From a virus: a stretch of 64,000 bases of DNA. This document shows positions 28,501-38,300 of this stretch, piece by piece; within the stretch, counting starts at the first letter, position 1, and every line of letters starts with the position of its first letter. The position numbers and the translations under genes are program-made. The DNA lies in the IMG/VR virus record IMGVR_UViG_3300034524_000090, positions 1 to 64,000 of that record, one strand, 5' to 3'. The notes under the pieces are model-generated. The model worked only from the letters and a program-made list of their open reading frames with translations, was not told where the DNA came from and did no database searches.

Positions 28501-30804
28501 GAATTCTATAAGAATTTAAATTTGGTAACGGAAAATTACCAGCAGGCTACTACTCTGTCTAAAGTAGCGGAACAACTGCAAAGTGTTTTTGATAATCTTG
28601 CAGGACTAGTTAATGTTTATCCTAAATTAGCCGAAATTAAGACGACTTTGGCTAATATTAACTTAAATAAGCTTTATACGCAGATTAGCCAAGTAGAAGA
28701 CGTTTTTAAAAACTTAACTCCCCTATCTATGTCTTATTATGCTGTTCTTTCTGATCTGGTCAACTTATATCAGAAAGAACACGATTTAATGAGTCAGCGT
28801 GTCGAAGATACTAGAAAGTATTTTGAACTAACTGGTAAGGGCCTTAATGAATTTATTGCTACAAGTGGTAAAGTAGATCGGTATAATATTAGCCTTTTGC
28901 AAAATTTAAGGGCGCAAACTTTTAATACTGCTCGTGATTTTAGCGGCGATATTGATGAATATTATGCTTTATTACGTGAAGTAGTTAGTTTAGAGAAAGA
29001 ATGGCGTGATATTTTACGTGAGCGCACCGATGCTTTAGCAGAAGCTTTTAGACTAGGTATTATTGATCTTCAAGAATATGTTGATAAATTAGAAGAATTA
29101 CGTGACAAAACTTATGAATTAAGAGATTTAGGTTTAAAATCATATGATAGTATTTTTGGTGGTATTCAAAGTGGGTTTAGCAGAGCCTTAGCTGAAGCTT
29201 TACAGGGAACTTCAATAAATCCCCAAGGCGATTTTGTAACTGCAATTAAAGAAACTTTAGCTACTACTGTTTCTGATATATTTACTCAGACCTTATTTAA
29301 TGCAACCAATATCAGACAAATGTTAGAGCAAAATGTTGTTGGTGTTATTAATTCTATATTTACTGGTCAATCTAATATTGATATTGATACTATCCGCAAT
29401 AATTTAAATACCATTGTTAGCACTTTATCTTCATATTTTCCTGTTTTTAAACAGGCTTTGGGTGGTATTTTTGAAACCCTAAAAGATCAGGTTTTTAATG
29501 CGCCTAGTGGTTTTAAGATTGAGCCGTATGTTTATGAGTATATTAAAGGTAAGGGTATGGAGGATATACCAGGACTTATTACGCCTGGAACCCCTTCTGA
29601 ATTACCTAATTTGCCTATAATGCCCGATTTGGGAGTAGAACCTTCTAAAACTGTACCAGAAATAAATACTAATCTTCTTCAAGAAACTTTGGAGCGAGTA
29701 GCTAATATTTCTGATGAATTATTGACTACTGGTAATGAGGAAGTTAATGCTTTAAATAAGATTTCTTCATTTTTTGAGCAATTATTAGCTATTTTTAATG
29801 TTCAGCCTGAACAATGGCCTGGATATATTGAGACAGCCAGAATAGAGCCTGGAGATTATAAATTAGAAAATGGTCGGGCATATATGTGGTCTAGGGAATT
29901 AGCAAGACTATTGAATACTTCTGTTGAGTGGAATGAAACTACAGGACAAGTTATTATTGGTGGCAAAGTTTTTACTCCTAAAGAAGTTACTCCTGAAGGT
30001 AAAAGTTATGTATCTGTTCGTGAAGTAGCTGAGGCGTTAGGTTATCAAGTAGACTATCTAAATGATAGTCAAGAAATTGTAATCAGACAACTTATAGATC
30101 AAAATTCTGCGACCAATAAAATTGCCAACAATATTAATTCTTTAAATCAGTCTGTAGGACAACTTAATAATGTTAATAATACGCAAAACAATATTTTAGG
30201 CAATACCTATTCTTTGCTTGGCACTATTAATGGTAAAATTAGTCAACAAGTAGATATATTAAGTAATATTAATAGTAATATAAAAAATTTAACTAATACT
30301 TCTACTAAGACTGTAACAAGCTCCATTATAACAGGTTCAACTACTACAACAACTTCTTCTACTGGAATTAAATATAAAGATGCTACTGGTAAATTATATT
30401 CTGCTGACCAAGTAGAATATTTTATGGGAACTTATTATGTTAAAGGTACTTCTATTGCTGTTACACCAGTAAAATATCATAGTGGGGGTATTGTAAATAA
30501 TGAACAATTAGCTATTTTACGCCGTGATGAAATGGTATTACCACCTAATTTAACTAGTTCATTTATTAGTTTCTTAGATAACGCTGATAAATTATTACTA
30601 AATAATACTCCTAGTATTTCTACTGCTAATAGTTATAGTTTCCAAGTCGAGGTTAATATTAATGGCAATACAAATATAGATGATAATATGCTTAATTTAA
30701 TTAAGTCTTCTGTTAACGAAGGCATACAAAATGCTTTACGTCAGCAAAATCGAGATAATCGTTTAGCAAGACTAAGACGAACTGGTGTTAGTTATTCTTA
30801 TTAG
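22597..30804 (+). CDS. tape measure protein with lytic transglycosylase (SLT) and copper-amine-oxidase-N-like domains
   Basis: 2735 aa, helical; TP901-like core (TGESGAVLGT..K, AGVRQ..RF.ALM); AVAFGESSYNPNA...GLFQI SLT motif; YVSVREVAEALGYQVDY; terminal YHSGGIV...E. Confidence 0.92.
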   Translation: MAKGETTAAGGLSTQYVITAEMQAEGVKETLSSIAEALTKINTALQGIRGGPTIPPPQPDPKAGEKYKDQLNKQIDDAHKDVSRNRRGKKTQVEIPIDFKPQVTSTTTSFLEKQITATYGNKSLKDINKALNSYTNQLKNLFTRFAVETEKIMRGEESKVDLKALEKKASVLATSTDILNQMAEKAKVKEEQEALRLIEQQKAQAEQFAQKYEQHRKDTLERIKNITLQSYQGKDYSSIQRAYESALKQRTDLLVKLQELDVQALQDPTSGKKTREKMLFKQEVLDARIEALRSLLDNANEQERIAQEYLAKLQRVRELLNKSKLDFEAYKQSLTPLEFYRNVQQIGRLAHTLRQAEEYFEIVQQTGSAKALDKAQSLLERFKNQSDLITGRQELLQHFSKEQVAEIEHQMRWEQALIRSRNAIAARAMGGAAESHSIIYRDLAKGFDPEKWQKYYTLGKQLERIRAQLIESIVRQKVLGISSYSVIPLFDEMGNKVGQFAVLVDRSGKVLINFERGLKELFTTMFYRMSVWAVATQGVYMFINGLKNAVNYIIEVSRNIALLKVAAEGMDFGKLFKGLINTVAEYGGDLKSVIDIVYEFVKVLGNEQEALRATRLALIAYNISGLDYKESATLLIGVMKQYGLTIKETEQLLDAWALASKRGTVDFKEMAQAFNQTAASAKSLGISMQELTALIELVGTATGESGAVLGTFMKFILEHARDLDVLSILQNNLGINVLKANGAYRDTADILAELAEKWNNLNDSQKQYISEAWAGVRQGPRFKALMETMSSGEYGDLLREINMAQGEAAAQNAEVMNTLEGQLRRLRSNYSGFITSFSDTGPARALKELLIILNSFIGGVQKLNNIGIHTADIILGILGAIGLKFYELGRKTKSVVGELVQDITVATKSVQSNLDAIAAKLGATMRVVPGDIKRRIEVAFGSELSPEEINRVSQQFMAFAESQGWTKTEKPERSFIFEQRFKELRAQYQVINRYSVRSDFTKNLLTDFQALKQALIELGQHWRVVSAETLNWSRISRIAISGVRTAVLGLGTAIVSAFKWFLIIEAVMKAFELFSRMLDKIREERIERQEMGYKLPYLNYQEVQDIYNRWDEIRNIRPLSEEEQNKLSELQSRILQGEVLSAGDESYYKALKERQEMLRQRNNLEVIAKAMQEATLAYYSQFSDILITPSVSLDEFREQYLKEHYGLSTQKKATEEQQKTMQAIIPDLNAIKAQEEELNRWLDINNRLLDRRFTILQRLKDSYMDLGFSENYYANVVGEIYSTFDSVVQYYENLSGRYSQAQANFLRAQAALINERQRLASEGKLEAVERAYYSGVTTENDDVTAINQYKQIMEAYERSYSIYTKTQDAMTEAENKMIDLKKQTLETILSTEQYAGVWDNIQQRVKLVQQLLSEVRYHPFKIQGIFNVADFGKTVFGRGWDSIDYMVSNITQQINSMFGQIAEIEFMRLTAGSDTEALKKALEDLLPMDEKIYKKVTEPLLSKTDQLMVSMGNLRDSIDKLKSSFESGGQNISFPGAGTVAGISRYKESDNESSFPGAGTVAGLNYGLTQPQKASTGLKTGRDIMQHLMKYGIPEADARILAAVAFGESSYNPNAVGDSGQSIGLFQIHMPAHADKLRRVTGSDNPEDWIRYLQDPYKNIYMAYEVYKSQGLGAWTVYKKGTYKPYLDILDRLEIGKGTNNALITKTMGEHQKAINTLEDMRIRYYEMINSNINLLPKAFEGVVEFIQDRINLLNKIGEIWYEANNARTEVVKTKLDLVYNTMLQFPQLVDQLYDRLKETVTELFNISRRNIEEQTQRQLIFNNLLGSVSFDKKRSEVFQQAIQQYEELANNLPIEQLPQVRDAIKEKLSLWLSAFLKESFDKTINEFNINLLTSGLTVLGVRGLGDSIIQTLVEAIQTAPLALRPQLFNLLQKTLPVVEDLRNNPGLDASIVKQSVINLINSAVDTPEFYKNLNLVTENYQQATTLSKVAEQLQSVFDNLAGLVNVYPKLAEIKTTLANINLNKLYTQISQVEDVFKNLTPLSMSYYAVLSDLVNLYQKEHDLMSQRVEDTRKYFELTGKGLNEFIATSGKVDRYNISLLQNLRAQTFNTARDFSGDIDEYYALLREVVSLEKEWRDILRERTDALAEAFRLGIIDLQEYVDKLEELRDKTYELRDLGLKSYDSIFGGIQSGFSRALAEALQGTSINPQGDFVTAIKETLATTVSDIFTQTLFNATNIRQMLEQNVVGVINSIFTGQSNIDIDTIRNNLNTIVSTLSSYFPVFKQALGGIFETLKDQVFNAPSGFKIEPYVYEYIKGKGMEDIPGLITPGTPSELPNLPIMPDLGVEPSKTVPEINTNLLQETLERVANISDELLTTGNEEVNALNKISSFFEQLLAIFNVQPEQWPGYIETARIEPGDYKLENGRAYMWSRELARLLNTSVEWNETTGQVIIGGKVFTPKEVTPEGKSYVSVREVAEALGYQVDYLNDSQEIVIRQLIDQNSATNKIANNINSLNQSVGQLNNVNNTQNNILGNTYSLLGTINGKISQQVDILSNINSNIKNLTNTSTKTVTSSIITGSTTTTTSSTGIKYKDATGKLYSADQVEYFMGTYYVKGTSIAVTPVKYHSGGIVNNEQLAILRRDEMVLPPNLTSSFISFLDNADKLLLNNTPSISTANSYSFQVEVNINGNTNIDDNMLNLIKSSVNEGIQNALRQQNRDNRLARLRRTGVSYSY

Positions 30805-30819
30805 GGAGGGGAGTAGGTA

Positions 30820-31785
30820 ATGTATAAGTTGGGTGATTATATATTTACTATTGCGCCTAATAAACGACAAGATGAAGTGGAATATGTTGGAGCAGATGTG
30901 ATAACTTTATCAGGTCGACAAATTTTTCAGCCAAGTTATTATAAAAAAAATCTTAATTTGTCTTCTATTATTTGGCAACCTATGCCTAAAACTCTTTCTT
31001 CTACTCCCCTTTCTGTTGATTTTATAGGTATGGATACCAATAATATTTTTATGTTAACTATTAATAATAAATTATTACAAGTCTTTAATTACAATTTTGT
31101 ATTATTAAATCAACTAACTCTTACTGTTGATTTGACGGGTTGTGTAGGTATCGGAGTAGGGGCAGATTATTTTTATATTTTAACTGCCCCTAACTCTATT
31201 ATTCTTTATATATTTAATAAAAATAATTTGGCATTAGTAGAAACTAGAACGTTATCATTTATAAATAGTGTTCAATGTTTTACTGCGGTCGGCGATAAAA
31301 TCTATATTATTGATGGTAGTAATAATATAGTTTTATATGATGTTATCCAAGCTACTTCTTCTTTAGTGGGACGATTACCTTTTGTTGTAGGTGGTTATCA
31401 GTGTATTACCTATCAACAACAAGGATTTTTTTTAGTAACAAATTTCTTTGTTAATAAGTCTACATGGTATGTTTTTGATGTACAAAAACTATATTTGGTT
31501 GATACTTTTGTTTTCAATGATCAAAATAAAGGAATATTTTTAGGGTTTATTGATAAAAATAATGTTTATTTTTATGATACTTCCAAATATCTATGGAAAA
31601 TTTATCTGAATTTAGTTGAATGTGATCTATTTCTTTTAAAGAAAGCTTTGTCTTATGGTAGTGTTAATTTGGTTGACAATTATAATAGAACAATCAAGTT
31701 TAATATAGACAATATGGAGATTAAAAGACTATCTAATTTATTTAAGGCATACGAGGTTAATTTGACAGGTTTCACGATAATGTAG
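30820..31785 (+). CDS. distal-tail-like protein with beta-propeller insertion
   Basis: First gene after the tape measure; repeated beta strands; very low GC. Confidence 0.5.
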   Translation: MYKLGDYIFTIAPNKRQDEVEYVGADVITLSGRQIFQPSYYKKNLNLSSIIWQPMPKTLSSTPLSVDFIGMDTNNIFMLTINNKLLQVFNYNFVLLNQLTLTVDLTGCVGIGVGADYFYILTAPNSIILYIFNKNNLALVETRTLSFINSVQCFTAVGDKIYIIDGSNNIVLYDVIQATSSLVGRLPFVVGGYQCITYQQQGFFLVTNFFVNKSTWYVFDVQKLYLVDTFVFNDQNKGIFLGFIDKNNVYFYDTSKYLWKIYLNLVECDLFLLKKALSYGSVNLVDNYNRTIKFNIDNMEIKRLSNLFKAYEVNLTGFTIM

Positions 31786-31799
31786 AAAGAAGGTGTTTT

Positions 31800-32831
31800 A
31801 TGGAATGGTTAAAATGGAATATTAATGGTATTAATGTATTATATAATCCTACTGAAGATAGTTCTACTATCTCATTTAATAAATTACAAAATATATCTTT
31901 GTCTGGTAAATTATATACTAATTATTTGTACGCTAAAGAAGAACGTAATTTTAATTTAGTGCTATGGGATGATAAAGCGATAAGTATAGTTTCATCATAT
32001 AATGTTAATCGTGCATATAATCATTTTACTTATGTTTCTATTGTGATGAAATACTATTTTTCCCAAGGAAATATTGTTGATGTTTATGATTACAAATTTA
32101 ACTTTATTAAATCTGTTGCTTTTAATAATGTTGATTATATTGTAGGTATGACACATAATCTTAATACCAGTAGAGTTTATATTATGGGCTTAGTCACTGG
32201 CAGTAATTTTATTATATATGAATGCGACTGGGATTTAAATATTTTGGGTACTAATAGTTTGACTTTAATTGATATTACTCTTTATGATTTTTTAGAAGGA
32301 TTAGGTATTAATACTATTAATAATAAGTTCTATACTTTTGATGTGCGTGGTAGAGTGTACACAATAGATTTAGCTAGTAATACCATTACTTCAGTTTTTA
32401 CGACAGATGATTTTGCCACCAATATCAATAACAATTTAAGCCCATATAAGGCATTAAAAATAGATGATTATTATGCTTTTTTCATTGATAAATTTAAGAA
32501 AGAAATATATCAGGTTGATTTAGATAGAGCTATTATAGTTAATACATTTGAAATATCTACTCTTGATAATTTTAAGGATTTAAGTTTTGATAGTTTTAAT
32601 AAGTATTTTTATGTGTTAGTGGATGGTTACCTATATAAATTTTATTGGAATCAAGTCAATCAGTTCTTGTATGAATTGGAAAATAGTCTAGCTAGTAAGG
32701 ATATCTTAATTATAACTGATGATTTAGGCAAGTCTTTTGGTTTTTATGTTAAGTCGTATAGTATAGAACATAAACGTCAAGAACACAATAAGCCTTATTA
32801 TGTAATTAGTTTGAAGGGGAAGATTGTTTAG
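31800..32831 (+). CDS. distal-tail-like protein with beta-propeller insertion (apparent paralog of previous gene)
   Basis: Similar termini (LSGK/LSGR; YVISLKG/YEVNLTG) and size. Confidence 0.5.
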   Translation: MEWLKWNINGINVLYNPTEDSSTISFNKLQNISLSGKLYTNYLYAKEERNFNLVLWDDKAISIVSSYNVNRAYNHFTYVSIVMKYYFSQGNIVDVYDYKFNFIKSVAFNNVDYIVGMTHNLNTSRVYIMGLVTGSNFIIYECDWDLNILGTNSLTLIDITLYDFLEGLGINTINNKFYTFDVRGRVYTIDLASNTITSVFTTDDFATNINNNLSPYKALKIDDYYAFFIDKFKKEIYQVDLDRAIIVNTFEISTLDNFKDLSFDSFNKYFYVLVDGYLYKFYWNQVNQFLYELENSLASKDILIITDDLGKSFGFYVKSYSIEHKRQEHNKPYYVISLKGKIV

Positions 32832-32845
32832 GAGGAGGTGTAGAT

Positions 32846-35353
32846 ATGATTGATGCTCCTGATAGTTTTAAGCAGGCATTTAAAAATAGTGATGTTAGGA
32901 ACCTGATTTATAAGGTTACAATAATGAGAAATACGGAGCCTACGGAAATAGATATAACCGATAGAGTTAAAGATATAGAAATTACTCGTGATCTTGATAG
33001 TGCTAATGCAACTTGTAAACTTACTATAGACAATAGCGATTTTCAATTAAGTATTAATAATAAAGATAGTAATTATAATTTATGTAGAGGGGCTTATGAT
33101 CCTTTATTATATCCAAATCATATTGTAAAGGTTTATGCGGGTTTAGGAGAGACTAGTACAGAAAATGGTGCTAGTGTTTATATAGATAAATCAGCCACTA
33201 TTAATAATTTTTCAGAAGCAGAATTTTATAATACTGAGCCTATCCAAGATGGCATTATGTTATCTTATACTTTGGGGCAAGAATATTTGTTACAATCTCA
33301 GGAAACTATTACTTCTTATAACGATTGGGGCAAACGTTATTATACTAGTGGTTATGACGAATATCAGTGGGGTCAAATTTTGCGTTTAAATGGTACTGTT
33401 AAAAAAAAGATTTCAAGATTTTCTGTTATGATTTTAGCGGCCAGTTCAAAATTATATTATGGGCAAGGCTCTTTACAATGTTATTTGAAAAAGTGGTCTT
33501 GGGATGGAACTTATTGGAATAGTCATGATAATCCAGGGCCTCCACCGTTTAGTATCGGAGGTAGTATCAGTTCTAATATTATTACTAATCGTGTTGATGG
33601 TTGGATTGATTTTAAGTTTAACGATGCATACTTAGAACCTAATACAGATTATATATTTTATTTGTTTACTACTGCTCAAATTACTAAAAGAGATAAGTAT
33701 CTTAATCTTGATAGAATAGGTATTAATGATAACGCCCCAGGCTATAAACGTTATTATGAATTTGAAAATGAAGTTGTCACACAGCAACACCAACAGTTAG
33801 ATAAAAGTCTTGCGTTTAGATTATATGTTAGAGATATTATTTATAAAAATGAGGGTTATGCTGTTGTGCGTTTTGATTGTGGCCCTAATGTAAGTGAATA
33901 TATTTCTCTTTCTGGTATTTATTCTGGTAGCAGTGTTAGTTTTGAGTTCAGTAGTAGTATTGATAATATAAATTGGTCAGCTTGGTATCAGGATTTACAA
34001 CAAGTTCCTGTGGCAAGGTATTTAAAAGTCAAGATAAAATTAAGTACAACTGATACTTTATATAGTCCTATTGTAAATAGTATTACTCTTAATTATAGAG
34101 TATTAATATCTGCTTCTCCAGATGGTATGGTACAGATTTTTACTGGCATCACTGGCGATGATATTGAGGAAGATGCCAATAATGGTTTGATTCTAGTAGG
34201 ATGTCGTGATTTTTCTAAGTGTTTACAGGATGTCTATGTTTCCTTATCTAAGTCCTATGATTATAAATTAGTAGAGGATATTATAAGTGATTTAATAAAA
34301 ACTTATTTGCCCCAATCAGCTATTTATTCTGTTTTGGGAGATATAGATTTTGTTTATGAGCCTACTTTTTATATGATTCAACACTATCAGTTAAAGAATA
34401 TTAATTTGTGGGAAGGGTTACAACAATTGTCAGATTTAATGGGTTGGTATTTGATGTTTGATGAAAGTGGTGTATTGAGGCTATTTAGCAGAAAAAAACA
34501 AAGTGTGGCTGATGATATTTTTAATGAAGATTATATTGTAATGGAAACTCTAAATTTATCAGATGCAGACATAAGAAATGATATATTAGTTAAAGCAGAA
34601 CAACCTTCAGGCATAATACAGGTTGAGGTTAAAGATGAAGATTCTATAAGGGAATTTGGACGCAGATTTATGGAGGTAGATCGTAGTCTTACGTCTTATA
34701 TATATGATCATCAGTCTGCCCAAAATTTAGCTAATGCTATTCTTGAGGATTTACATTCACTAAGAAGCAAAGATGTTATAACTTTACCTTTTTATCCTTT
34801 TATTCAATTAGGTGATATTATTGGTATTAATAGTAATAGAGTTAGTTTAAGTAGTGACGAGCAATTATATAAAGTAATAGGCATTACCCATACCTTGAAC
34901 GAAACAAGTAAACAAACAGTAATACAGACGCAGTTATTTAAAAATCTATGGGAAACTGTTAGCTTTACTCCTTCTGCTCCTACAAATTTAACTACTGAAA
35001 TTGTATCTCGTACTATTAAACAATATCCAGGTTGTGGATGGAACGATCCTCAGAGAACGTTTTATTATCCAAGATTAACTTGGTCTATACCTACTACCAA
35101 TACCGATGGAAGCCCAATAGAGGGCCTTACAGGTTTTAATATATATCGTTCTACTGATAATGCAAATTATGTCTTTATAGCTTTTGTGCCTGCTAAATTG
35201 TCAGGAGTTGATACTAATGTTAATTGGTTTATTGACTATGGTAGTGGGCCAGGGACGTTTTATTATAGGATTTCGGCTATAAATAAATGGAATAAAAAAT
35301 CTCCTTATTCTGATACAGTAACTATTACTGTACCTAATTTTAGTGTAGGTTAG
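32846..35353 (+). CDS. tail tip/hub protein with C-terminal FN3 domain
   Basis: DITDRVKDIEITR, EDSIREFGRR, PFIQLGDII hub motifs; PSAPTNL...GFNIYRS...YYRISAIN FN3. Confidence 0.75.
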   Translation: MIDAPDSFKQAFKNSDVRNLIYKVTIMRNTEPTEIDITDRVKDIEITRDLDSANATCKLTIDNSDFQLSINNKDSNYNLCRGAYDPLLYPNHIVKVYAGLGETSTENGASVYIDKSATINNFSEAEFYNTEPIQDGIMLSYTLGQEYLLQSQETITSYNDWGKRYYTSGYDEYQWGQILRLNGTVKKKISRFSVMILAASSKLYYGQGSLQCYLKKWSWDGTYWNSHDNPGPPPFSIGGSISSNIITNRVDGWIDFKFNDAYLEPNTDYIFYLFTTAQITKRDKYLNLDRIGINDNAPGYKRYYEFENEVVTQQHQQLDKSLAFRLYVRDIIYKNEGYAVVRFDCGPNVSEYISLSGIYSGSSVSFEFSSSIDNINWSAWYQDLQQVPVARYLKVKIKLSTTDTLYSPIVNSITLNYRVLISASPDGMVQIFTGITGDDIEEDANNGLILVGCRDFSKCLQDVYVSLSKSYDYKLVEDIISDLIKTYLPQSAIYSVLGDIDFVYEPTFYMIQHYQLKNINLWEGLQQLSDLMGWYLMFDESGVLRLFSRKKQSVADDIFNEDYIVMETLNLSDADIRNDILVKAEQPSGIIQVEVKDEDSIREFGRRFMEVDRSLTSYIYDHQSAQNLANAILEDLHSLRSKDVITLPFYPFIQLGDIIGINSNRVSLSSDEQLYKVIGITHTLNETSKQTVIQTQLFKNLWETVSFTPSAPTNLTTEIVSRTIKQYPGCGWNDPQRTFYYPRLTWSIPTTNTDGSPIEGLTGFNIYRSTDNANYVFIAFVPAKLSGVDTNVNWFIDYGSGPGTFYYRISAINKWNKKSPYSDTVTITVPNFSVG

Positions 35354-35364
35354 GGGGGATAAAG

Positions 35365-38300
35365 TTGCCTACTTATTTAAAATATGAAACACAAACTAAA
35401 AATATAACTTATGATAATGGGAAAATTATTGCTATATATAATGATAATACAGTTGATATTGTCTTAGGTAATGGTGTAGATTTTTATGGTAATCCTATTA
35501 GCATCCAAAGAGTGCCTATTAAGGGTACTTATGTGCCTAAAATTGGTGATAATGTTTTAATTTCTTGGGAAGGCAATACGCCTGTTGTTATTGGAAGCAA
35601 CACTTCCACTCCTATTGATCTAAATTATTCTACAATAATATCTAGTCCAAATAGTATTGCTCCTAATATTATTAATAATTTGCATATTGAAAATGGTACA
35701 ATTACAGCTAGTAAATTACAAGCAGGGACAATCACTGCTGAATCTGGTGTAATTGCTAATGCGGCTATTGGAACGGCTCAAATTCAAGATTTAGCTGTAA
35801 CTAATGCCAAAATTGCTGATGCGGCTATAGATGCTGCTAAAATTAAGGATTTGACTGTAACTGATGCTAAGATACTTAATCTTGATGCCTCTAAAATTAC
35901 TAGCGGCGATATTTCTACAGAACGTTTAACTGCTAATATTATTTCGGCTATTAATTTATCAACTGGGGATGCCAAGATTGATGGCGCTAAAATTAAAGAG
36001 GCTTCTATAGATGATGCTCAAATTATTTCATTAACTGCTGATAAGATTGTTACTGGTGATTTAAGAGCCAATGTAATGACTACTAATGTTATAGATGCTA
36101 TAAATCTTTCTACTTCTTCAGCCACAATCGATCAAGCCAAAATTGGCAATTTAGATGCTTCTAAAATTACTTCAGGCGATATTGATGTTGAACGTTTAAA
36201 GGCTAATGTTATAGATGCTATAAATCAGACGGCGGTAACAGCTAGGATTTCACAGGCGAAAATTGAGGATTTAGATGCCTCTAAGATAGTATCAGGTAGT
36301 ATTTCTACTGATAGAATGAAAGCTAATGTAATTGATGCTATTAATTTGTCTACTAGTAGTGCCACTATTGACGGCGCAAAAATTACCGATGCTACTATTA
36401 CTAATGCTAAAATAGCTAGTATAGATGCTTCTAAGATGGTTTCTGGCGACATTTCTGCTGATAGGATGAAGACTAATGTTATAGAGGCTATTAATTTATC
36501 TACTTCAGGAGCAGTAATTGATCAAGCTAAAATAGGTTATTTGGATGCTTCTAAGATTCTTAGTGGTACTATTGACACCTCTAAGGTTACTATTTCGACT
36601 AATGCTTCTGGCCAAGGGGCCAGAATTGATATACAGCACGATGGTATTAATTTAATAGATGCTAATAATAATGTAATTGCTAGATTTAATACCGATTTAG
36701 GTTTTGTTGTGCATAGTCCTGCTGGCATGAAACTGGATAACCAGGGTAGTATTAGAATTGGCCCTACTGATGATATAGTTATTGATGCTGAAGGAATTAA
36801 AGCTAAAGCTGGCGGTATGGAATATACAGCTTTATTTACTGGTGATGGTTTAACTTTTATTGAGCCTAATAATCCAGATAATAAGTTAATTATAACTTCA
36901 GGCCAGTTAAAAATTACTACTGATGGTGGTCAAACTTTTAAAACTGCATTGACTGCTGAAGGTTTTTATGGAGATATTTTACTTGATAAAACTTTGCCGC
37001 CTAGCAAATTTGATACTACTCCTCCTGCTATTCCTACTTGGCGTGAAGAAGGGGTTACTTCTATTTTAGAACAGACACCAGAGACACAAATAGTAACGAT
37101 TGTTGTTAAGTGGAACGAAGTAACCGACAGTGATCTTGAAGGGTATAAAATATATCTTGAAGAGAACAATTCAGGTAATTTTTATCCTGTAGCAATTGTA
37201 GGTAAAACTAATGAGTATCATATTAGGGGTATTAAACCCAATACCCTTTATAGGGTTATGGTTTCTTCTTTTGACATACAGGGCAATGAATGTTCTACTA
37301 AATTGCCTAGTAATACTAATTTTACCACTTATCCTAGATCGGTTATTACGGCAAGCGATACTGTAGCTCCTGCTACTCCTTCTACTCCCCCTGAAGTTAC
37401 AACTGGTTTTAAACTTTTTATGTTAACTTGGCAGGAAGTAGTACAAAACCAAGATAGTACTCCATGTTACGATTTAAGTTATTATGAAATACAACGTTCT
37501 TCTTCTTTAAATTGGGACGAATGGACTACTATTGCGAAAATCAAAGGCACTTCTCTTATAGATAAAGATGTAGATTACAATATTAGATACCGTTATCGTT
37601 ACAGGGCCGTTGATACTTCGGGTAATGTTTCTGGTTGGTCGCCTGTAGTGGATGCTGGAAGTCCTGCTCAGGTTGGGGCTGGCGATATAGTAGCTCATTC
37701 TATTACTACAGAACATATTTCTACTGCTGGTCTTTCTGCTGATATTATTACTTCGGGTAAAATTAAAGGTGACTTAATTGAGGCTAATACAATTACTGCC
37801 GATAAATTTGAAAGCAGGCTTTATGGCGATTTAGTCCAAGCACTACGATATGTAGAAAGTCGTTTAAAAGTAAAGGTTTTTGAGTGGCTAGGTACAACTG
37901 ATAATTATAACCAAGGCACTTTTAATGGCACTTATGCTTCCAATGATATTTTGATGCTAGATACAGTTTATCATTGGGATACAAATATTAATTGGGACAG
38001 TGGTTATTATTGGGATAAGCCTGTAGTGACTTCTGGTTTTTGGGAAAGTAATGTATTAGATATGGGAGCCTTGAATACTATTTTATGTTTACCAAAGTTG
38101 TCATATACGGCCCCTTCTGGCGGTTATGCTAAATTTTATCTGAAATATTCTGAAGATAATATTACGTGGACTGATTATGTTGAATTTTCTGGTACTGTTA
38201 TTACTGCTCGTTATCTTAAAATGAAAGTTGAATTATACACGCCTGATAATAATAACAATGTTTTAGTTAATAGTTTACTGCTTCAGTGTTATGTTGATGA

